A DNA stretch of 63,382 nt, the filler included, from Cercozoa sp. M6MM (lineage: Eukaryota; Protista; Endomyxa: Ascetosporea): NCBI GenBank assembly GCA_040357565.1. It is 9 parts of 9 records of this genome, joined end to end, with 100 filler letters (N's around TTAATTAATTAA, not from the genome) between each part and the next. Parts side by side here need not be neighbours in the genome. Positions count along the whole stretch, not along the records: positions 54,193 to 58,591 come from JBDODJ010001146.1; positions 58,692 to 63,382 come from JBDODJ010001077.1; 7 more parts are not named here. One strand, 5' to 3'. The position numbers and the translations under genes were made by a program. Shown here one piece after another: positions 54,869 to 63,382 of this stretch. The notes beneath the pieces are model-generated. The model did not search any database and was not told the origin of the DNA. It saw only the letters and a program-made list of their open reading frames with translations. Positions within the stretch are counted from its first letter, which is position 1. Each line of letters opens with the position of its first letter.

Positions 54869-56008
54869 ATGTCAAACTCGCAAAAGTGGTCTTTCCCTTC
54901 GCCGTTTCAGCACGGTCATTATGGCTCTGGCTTCGCTCCCAGGGTACGTTGGTTTCCTTGTCTAAACAGAAAGGATAGCGAGGGGCGGGGTGGGGTGTCG
55001 TGCGCAGACACTGGTCGAGCAGCGTCTCGACAGTTTGCGCAATGCCATCGCCCGGAAGCCTGAATGGACTCGCAAGATCAAGACTGACATCCGTGACAAG
55101 TGGGTACGCGAAATGAAGCAGCAGGGTGTCTCCACACGAGAGATAGACTACGTCATGGCCGAGTTGGACTGGTACGCTGCGCGCACCATCGAAGGTACAA
55201 TTTGCATCACCTTCATTCATTTATGGCCATCAGTGTCCTTTAGATTTCATTGTGTATGTGCGTGTGCTTTACCTAGTGCCGCTGAACCCATCAGCCAGTG
55301 CGAGTTTTGCCGCTCCCGGTGTCTACATCGCCGACAATGTGCCCTCACTGTTCTGTGTCGTGCAGGTGTCAGAGTGTATGTGATGCTGTTGGCAGGTACT
55401 CCACGAGGAGACTTTGAAGAAGCTTCGCGACTTGGCTGACGCACTCATGAGGTGTGTGCACATGTTTGAACTGTTGCGGATGCGTTGGGGATGTTGGAGA
55501 AACCTGACTGTGCGTGCACAGTGTCCCGAAGAAGGACTACGACTGGCACCCAGGCAGCAACGAGACCGTGCTCGACCTGGTCCATCCTTCGGTATTGCCT
55601 CACCTCTCGCAACCTGTGCTTTCACTATCTAGTCCTACATACTGCCTTCAGTTGTACCCGCTGATTTACGGCGTGTCTCGTGTCACTGAGACGCCCATTG
55701 CCAAGCCGTGGGTTCAGTCCATTGGCGATGGCAAAGGTAATGTCTTTCGCTGTTGCTGTCAACTGTCAAGATATTACGCTTCCTTGTGTCTCCAGTTCTG
55801 GCCAAGAAAGACCCAAAGAAGGTCAAGCCGTGGGAGTTCGCCCCTGATCGTTTCGCATCCAAAGACTACCAGTGGCTACCGGCCGAGTTCCAGGTGGCCG
55901 AGGACGGCAGCGTCTCGGTGGAGAGCTACATCAACAACCTGCACCCGCGACACACCGAAGGCTACGACGCCATTGCGGCCTCTCTTGCGCATCTCTTGGT
56001 ACCTAATG

Positions 56009-56056
<48 letters not shown>

Positions 56057-56066
56057 NNNNNNNNNN

Positions 56067-56114
<48 letters not shown>

Positions 56115-57879
56115 GATGTGCCCATGCGTATACGATAAGTTTACTCCTGTGTTCAGCCAATGTTCGAAGCGTGCTTGGAGCAGCAGCTGAACGGTTGCTT
56201 TGATGCCAAGATCCAGGCAGGCGACTGGTAGTAAGTTGGACCAATGATATCCACACACTAGCTGTTAAAATAATTGAGGAGCCATGTGACCCGCAGTGAG
56301 CACTCCGAGGAGCCAGAGGAAGGCACGGACGAGGAGGACAGCGACTTTGAACAACGATGGGAGGAGTGGTACCTCTTGTCAAAATCTCTTTATGCCACGT
56401 ATCTATTATATCACACGTACGGTAGGCAAGAGAACCGGTCGATCAAGCTGCCGGAAGTGCCGGAGTTTGCCCCTCTCGACATCAAAAAGACGGTGTGCGT
56501 CTCTGTCCTGCCAGTCTTCATTGGTTCACGTGTGTACTATGTGGGCAGGTGAGTCTCAAGGGACGTCGCCTGCAGGCTATTGTGAAGATGGCCACGATCG
56601 AACTCACTCCGGAGAAGCCTCGCTACGAAGGTACGCCTCTCCCAGTGCTAAAGTGAGTGTGCAAAAGGAACTATATTCATGTAATGTGCAGGAGGATCCT
56701 GGCACGTGGAGGGCATGCAGAACGAGAACATTGTCGCCAGTGGCATCATATACTTCCAGAGGTACAATATTGTGTCACTGTTGCAGCGTGTCGGTATTGT
56801 ATGGTCTCTCCTATCTCTTCTATCTCTCGCAGCGACAACGTGCAAGACACGACGCTGTGCTTCCGTCAGGCGGTACACTGCAGCTTTGTCAGATCACTTT
56901 TGTGAGTGGGTGTCTGAGCGCCGGCACTGTGCCTGTATAATGACAGGTCTGTGAGCCTGACTACGAGCAAGGCGACGAACGTGGCGTTGCTGCCGTAACA
57001 CTTATCTCTGGATTACTCGCGTGTATCGTCGAATGTTCATGTTGTCGCTTTGTGTGCATCTGTGCAGGTATATGGACTCGCGGACGAAGAGGCACTCAAT
57101 GAGCCAGCCGGAGAGATCATGACGTCGGAGAAACGCGCGTGCGTTGTTTTTGAGACCTCTCTTTATGAGAACAAGAATCTGTATTTTTTGTCGATATGCC
57201 TGCTGTGTGTTTGTGCAGTGTGGTGTTCCCGAACGCTCTGCAGCACCAGGTGCAGCCCTTTGAGCTTGAGGACAAGACCAAGCCGGGTGCCCTTTATTCG
57301 CGCTTCACTTGATGAATGTAGTTTATACTGTCACCGTAGGCACCCGTCGCATCCTGTGCTTCTTTTTGGTGCACCCCGATGAGTAAACTTGTCTTTCTGT
57401 TGTTTTCCGTTGATATAGAAGGTTTGTTTTCGCCCGGCAGGCGCATTGTATCGACCGAGACTGTGCCACCGCAGCAGGTAAATCACACTGCATGCACAAA
57501 GTACCCCCTTCGATGAATACGGTCGTGTGCAGGCCGAATGGTTTGCCGAGGAGGTCAAACGCGACGAGACCATTGTCCGCAAGATGCCTGAGGAGGTGCC
57601 TTTTGCTTGCATGCATTATTCACCTATCCTCAGTGTTGTACGTAGCTGGCGGGTATGGTTGCGAACTTCGTGGGCGACTGGCCAATGTCGCTCGAGAGTG
57701 CGCGCGAGCACCGTGAGAAGCTCATGCACGAGCGCAAGTTCTTCGTGAACGTAACTCGATTTCTATTCTGCGTGCGTGTTTGCACTCTGTGGGATTGATT
57801 TGTGAGAATGATTTGTACCCTTCCTCAGGACAATAACACCAAGTTCTTTGAGCGTCCTTTCTCTCTGTGCGAGCACTAA
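54869..57879 (+). CDS. DUF4246 family protein
   Basis: DWHPGSNETVLDLVHPSLYPL, YQWLPAEF, YINNLHP, LQAIVKMATIELTPEKP, GGSWHVEGMQNENIVASG, FPNALQH, C-terminal FSLCEH*. Confidence 0.93.
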
Positions 57880-58359
57880 CTGAAGGGACGAACCAAGGCT
57901 CTTATCTCTCGCCACACTCCTGACGACAGCGCTTTATTACCGTCCGTGCAGTGAACTTCTGACTCTGAGACTAACTGGACCTGTGCCACTCCAGTGCCGC
58001 TATCGATATCGACGGTTAGTTAGTTAGTGTCGATGCCCTGCACCGTCACAAGCGAACGTTGCAAACCCGACCCTTAGCCGTTTCCGGAAGAGGAAAAATT
58101 AGCGTCTACAGCTAAATGCAGTGAAGTTGGCCGATTGGCGACAAAAGAGCCCGAAACGACTGCTATTAGAGTAGCCCGCACACTAAGTGATCCAAATGTA
58201 CTAAGAACTAGACTTAGTGAAGTTTGGGCCACTATGGAGACACAAAGTTTTGACGAAATTCAATGGAATTGAAATTCATGCGTCACTGTCGGTCGAGTTT
58301 CAAAAGTCAACATAAGGAGCTATAAACCACTAATTACGGACTAATTCTAGTTAGAACAC

Positions 58360-58591
58360 CTAGTAACGGCGGAAACCTAGTGGTGCATGCGCTCTTAGGC
58401 GCTTTTCGTGCTCGGCCTGGCTGTTTCTCATGGCTTGCTCGACCTCTGCAACGAGCGACGTCACTTGTCGTTTGAATTCCTTCTCGAACTCGTCGTTCCT
58501 CTCGGTTTCCTCGCGCCCAGGAACCTTGGTGAACAGGTAGGAGTCCTGCTGAACTCCATGAGACTTGTTGACCTGCTTCCGTTTCACAGCT
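58360..58591 (-). CDS. 3'-terminal exon of an unidentified gene
   Basis: Open frame from the scaffold edge to a stop at 58360. Confidence 0.4.
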
Positions 58592-58691
58592 NNNNNNNNN
58601 NNNNNNNNNNNNNNNNNNNNNNNNNNNNNNNNNNNTTAATTAATTAANNNNNNNNNNNNNNNNNNNNNNNNNNNNNNNNNNNNNNNNNNNN

Positions 58692-58740
<49 letters not shown>

Positions 58741-58818
58741 TACATAATACATACATACATACGTGCGTACATACATACACACTTGCACACACAGGGTACA
58801 CTGACAAGCAAGACAAAC

Positions 58819-59483
58819 CTCGCGACAGAACTTTTTGAATTTCTCGCCGATGCTCTTGGCATCGTCGAAGCGATGGGTTACGGTGGCCTTGCTGCCATCC
58901 CCATAGAAGATGTGCATGCCACACAAGGCGACACGCATCGAGCAGTCGTCGATGCGCATGTTGACGATTGCGCACAAAGCGCCGCGTCGTTTCGACGCTG
59001 GTATAATGTACTCCACGACCTCAAACTTCGGTTTGAGTTTCTTCTTGATGGCGAAAACCACCAACTCCTCTGCATAACACAGACAGCAAGCACATTTACA
59101 TTGCATGCGAAGCAGTGTACATTGTCAAACATACTTTGTTTCTCGGAGTTCAAGGCAAACTCGCCTGACACGAGCTCGTACTCTGGCAGCGCTTTGGCTA
59201 AGTCGTCGAAGGCACTGGGCCTAAACTCAGTGTGGATCCAGATGTCCAGATCGCTCTCATCGATAGTCTCGATAATCTTCTGGCCTTGGGGACCAGCCAA
59301 TCTGCCCAAAAACAGCATCATTGATACATAACACATAACATATACCAGGAGACTGTGTTACTTTTTTTCGCCGCAGTTGCGGACATTCCAAGTGCCGACC
59401 GACGGGCCGTTGCGCAGGCGGCACGTGACGTAGCCGTGGTCAGACACGGGCTTGGATATGAGTGGCTTGGATATGAGTGTCAT
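58819..59483 (-). CDS. Endonuclease/exonuclease/phosphatase (EEP, DNase I-like) family protein, 3'-truncated
   Basis: SVGTWNVRN followed by IDESDLDIWIHTE and VALCGMHI match the EEP N-terminal motifs. Confidence 0.65.
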
Positions 59484-59686
59484 CTGCGATCGATCAGATA
59501 AGGCACCGCAGAGAGAACAATCAAGCAACAAAAAAAAAACACTTGCTGGATCACGACTTAGCAGCAGCACTGTGAGAGGCACAGTGTTTTGACCTTGGTG
59601 CAGAAGTACCTGTGATACTGAGAACTGATACTGAGCACTGCCCTTGGTTGGCTAAACGGTTCCCAGAAATTTCGTGTGGCTATAGA

Positions 59687-59810
59687 ATGAGAGCACGCAG
59701 CATGCCAGGAGAGAGAACGACGCAGCGACGCCGTGTGTTGTGTGCTCTCTGTCTGGTCACTCTGGTGGCTGTGTTGCTGCTGTATCTGTGTTGCTCGAGT
59801 GTTTTGGTTT
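59687..59810 (+). CDS. Possible first exon of a type II membrane protein
   Basis: MRARSMPGERTTQRRRVLCALCLVTLVAVLLLYL: basic stretch plus TM segment; divergent from the EEP gene; ends near a gap. Confidence 0.35.
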
Positions 59811-59852
59811 TCCTGCGCGGCACATTTGCTCGTGCGTGTTGGGATCTCACAA

Positions 59853-59902
<50 letters not shown>

Positions 59903-59912
59903 NNNNNNNNNN

Positions 59913-60009
<97 letters not shown>

Positions 60010-60011
<2 letters not shown>

Positions 60012-60360
60012 AGTCAAAGTGCCACCTCAGTGCTGAAGCGGGCAGTGTTAAATCTTTTACTTACTTCAGACGGACGTCCTCGATTAAAGAAGGGATAGGT
60101 CGACTTGTCAGAAAAGCCCTCGGATGCCACGGTGCTGCTCACGTGCGGCACGCTTTGAGTCGACAGGTAGACGGACATGCTTTGCGCTGCACCACACCAC
60201 ACACACATGCACAGGTTGAAAGACACAATGTACTGGCGCCAGTACATCAGTTGCACATACCAACGGTAGTGTAGCTTGGACCAATCACTCCAAGAAACTC
60301 CTTGCCCATGTCCCTGTCACACAAGTTTAAATAAGTTAATAAATTATAAACTCCTATAAA

Positions 60361-60402
<42 letters not shown>

Positions 60403-61222
60403 ACACGTCGCTTACATCTCATTCACGAGCTTCTGTGCTGATTTCATTGCCTACAGTCGCACATTCGACACAATGGTCAGTACAGTGCTGGTACACCCCC
60501 AAAGTCATTATTGAATGGCTGTGCTGGACTTACTTGCAAGGGTTGCGAGAGCGTTGCGAAAGATGCCATCGGCTCCAAGTGGAGCGTCACCTGCTCACAG
60601 AGTATGCAGATAGATCTAAAACTGTATACCGATTAAATCACAATCATCACATACGTTCAAGTCGTTTTTGAGTAACGTGGGATCAGCGTTGACCAGCGAC
60701 ACTGCTGTATTGGTGGCGTGATGGCAAAACAGCGTCAGCTACTCGAAAGTGACCACAACATTCCCGAGCAGCTGGTAAACTGACAAAGTCAAAGGCCCGG
60801 TACAATATCGACGTTGTCGGGAGGTGTCAGCGTGTGCATGAGAGTTGCCATGTACTACAAGGACAAACGTCGTGCAAATGTAACGCTTTCCAAAGCAACC
60901 GCATTACCATGTCGCGTGCCATGGCCGAAGTCGCCAACACAGCGGCGAATCTGAAAGCAATGATTGAATAATACTAGATCGAAATCAGTTCCTTACGGGA
61001 GCAACATCTGGCGACCTAAGATTCTGCAGGACAGACATGGGGTGATAAGAGCAGAGACAAAGCAGCCGGAGCAAATATTTTTGGTCAGCAGGTGACCATG
61101 CCGCTGTGCTGGATGTGTTACCCAGAAGAACGGCCTCCTGTACGAGCTGCAGCACCACAGCGGCGGCGTTAGTGCCGATCAAACTCCTTGACCGAATGAA
61201 GTAAACTTCTTGCAACCGACAT
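60010..61222 (-). CDS. Venus-flytrap (ANF-receptor / class C GPCR-type) ligand-binding domain protein, 5' part
   Basis: Spliced ATNTAVSLVNADPTLL...AMKSAQKLV...FLGVIGPSYTTV...SVPHVSSTVASEGFSDKSTYPFFNRGRPSE. Start codon uncertain. Confidence 0.82.
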
Positions 61223-61481
61223 TGTGATCGTTTTTCTTGGGCATGACCATTACCAGTCGTCGCGACCCACGTGACTGACAGAGCCGTTTCTTTTTGATCG
61301 CCTCCCGGTCCGAAACCAGAAACTGCTTACAACAACTTTAAGGATGCGGCCGGAAAAGCCAAAAACTGACACTGCTGCTATCGCGTGTCGTGGCGTCGTC
61401 TCGTTAGTCGTAAACATGCATTGTTCTCAGTTCCTCCGCGTCCGTCGAATAAGTTGCTTAAGTTCAGTTGATTTCACAAAG

Positions 61482-63330
61482 TCAGGCACTGCGACGGTCA
61501 GTGGAGTGGAGTTCGATGGAAGCGCCTGTGCCACGAGCAGCAAGCGTGTCAGTGCCGAGCACGTTGGTCACCTGCCGACGCACGTCGCTCAGCTGCGTCG
61601 TGTCCTGCAACACAATCAGATGATAATACTGTTAAAAACCAGTTAAGTCTGCGTACGGTGAAGCCGTCGCCAGCCACGTCGATCATGGAGCGCATCGAGC
61701 TGACGCGCAGTTGGCCGCGCCACAGCAGTCGTCTGCATCAAGGAGGATTTATTCATTTCGCCAAAAGAGAGAAAGAAAAAAGTAAAGAAAAAAAAAATAT
61801 ATAAGTTTATATATAGGTATGGGGTTATACGCAATGGCAGCGCGCTGCAGCTCGACGTCGAGGCCAAAGAAAACGTGCGTCCAGGCAATGACTTTGCTAG
61901 CGTTGCCTATGCACAAGCAAACATTATACACCTCGATATCGAGATATACATATTGACATGTATATATAAATACCAGCTTGGGTGGACTGCTGGAACTCGC
62001 GCCACGAGTTGGTGTACATCATGACCTCAGTCTCGTTGATGAGTCGGTCGATGGTGTTGAAAGCCTCGGTGGCCATCGTTGGCGTCAGGCAGTTTCCTTG
62101 CTGTCGTGCTGCACACCAACACCGCAAGGTTATTCCATACATACATATATATATATATATATGTATATATGTATATATGTATATCAGTAAATAATAAATA
62201 AATAATAAATAAATAATAAATGAATAATAAATAAATAAATAAATATATATATATATACACACATATAGAGAGAAAGCACCCTGGTCCAGCAGAGTGTTTA
62301 GCTTGCGCAGCGTGCGGTTACGCAACGAGGCGGCCACGTTGATCTGCTCCTCGGCACTCTCGCTCACATAGCAGTCTAGCAGAGCGCGTAGTCCTTGCAG
62401 CAGCGGCTGCGATACGGCTGCGCAGAGCGGTGTCTCCGGGTGCACACGGTCCACTTTGACGCCGTCCACCATCACCTAAATCAATCAATTAATAAAAATT
62501 AAAGATACACAGATTAAAAATAAATAAAATAAAAAACAAATAAATAAAGATGTAAATATGATTAATTAAATGACATAAAATAATAAATAAACAAATAATT
62601 AAGTCGATGAGTGATACACTAATGGTGGCCCTGTCGGCATGGTCGGGATGCGCCTTGTCGGGCGACGCACAGGCTGCATCGTCCAGTTGCTTCAGCAGCA
62701 GCTTGGCGTCGCGCCAGAACTGAGGCGTCTCGTTCTCGTAGCTGCCCATATACGCACACACGCATTTACACACACATCAACGTGCGTAGACAACAGAGAC
62801 ACAGAGTACCGAGACGCAGCGAACTGGAGGAAGAAGTGGTAACTGTGCAAATACACAGATATTATACTACATCTACATATACATATATGTATAACTATAA
62901 ATATGTACTATATATATATATATATACAAATATACCGATAAAAAACACAACACGTTTGTGTAGGCATATAGTGAAGTGAGGTTACCCAACAGGGTCGCGC
63001 AGAACAGTGGCCAGTTCCGCAAGCGTGCGTCGCTTGGTCTCTGTGCACGTGTCGATATTTTATATTTATACAATATGTATACATGCATAAACAGATGTAG
63101 AGAAACCAGTACGTATACAGAAAGAAACAAACAGATATAAGCACCATCGACGGCGTCACTCGAACTTGAGTCAGTTAAATCGGCCGTGTGGTGTGCCTGC
63201 GGGAGGGGTGAGATGAGTCGGGTGTGAGCAGATAAGATGGGAAACAAAGGGATACGGTAGTGGCCGACAGAGCAGACGGTGCCATCGACATCTGCGCGTT
63301 GCGACGATCGATGCGCTCCAGGAGGTTCTG
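61482..63330 (-). CDS. RGS-domain protein, 3' part (runs off window end)
   Basis: YHFFLQFAAS..YENETPQFWRDA...YVSESAEEQINVAASLR...AFNTIDRLINETEVMMYTNSWREFQQS; TGA at 61482-61484. Confidence 0.82.
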
Positions 63331-63344
63331 CATGCACACACAAC

Positions 63345-63382
<38 letters not shown>

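Overview
Intron-dense (mostly 50-100 nt GT-AG introns) eukaryotic, probably protist, genomic DNA using the standard code. It is not one locus: eight artificial N-TTAATTAATTAA-N spacers join nine scaffolds, so neighbourhood is only meaningful within a scaffold. All gene models were spliced by hand and boundaries are approximate. Recognisable genes: EF-hand/WD40 protein, hot-dog thioesterase, DPH4, RAD21/REC8 kleisin, RPLP0 and RPS12 (head-to-head), PX-domain protein, PCC1, RPA34-like, EGF-repeat membrane protein, F-box/ARM protein, CFAP210-like, calmodulin-like, DUS1, a Cys-rich secreted protein, a STE20-like kinase fragment, ARP8-like, a TLC-domain protein, a possible ELYS-like protein, four structurally deviant tRNA genes, the last exon of a front-end desaturase, DUF4246, an EEP nuclease, a Venus-flytrap (ANF) receptor and an RGS protein. 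Most interesting: (1) a secreted precursor (38071-39176) built as signal peptide + acidic propeptide + CAP18-like polycationic peptide + pacifastin-like inhibitor module, a candidate protist antimicrobial system; (2) two helically phased arrays of short palindromes; (3) a tandem RGS-ending / VFT-starting gene pair suggesting VFT-TM-RGS receptors; (4) a shared (E/D)IDMP repeat in two unrelated proteins; (5) a long foldback element with a second half-copy; (6) a GTAC-biased splice donor.
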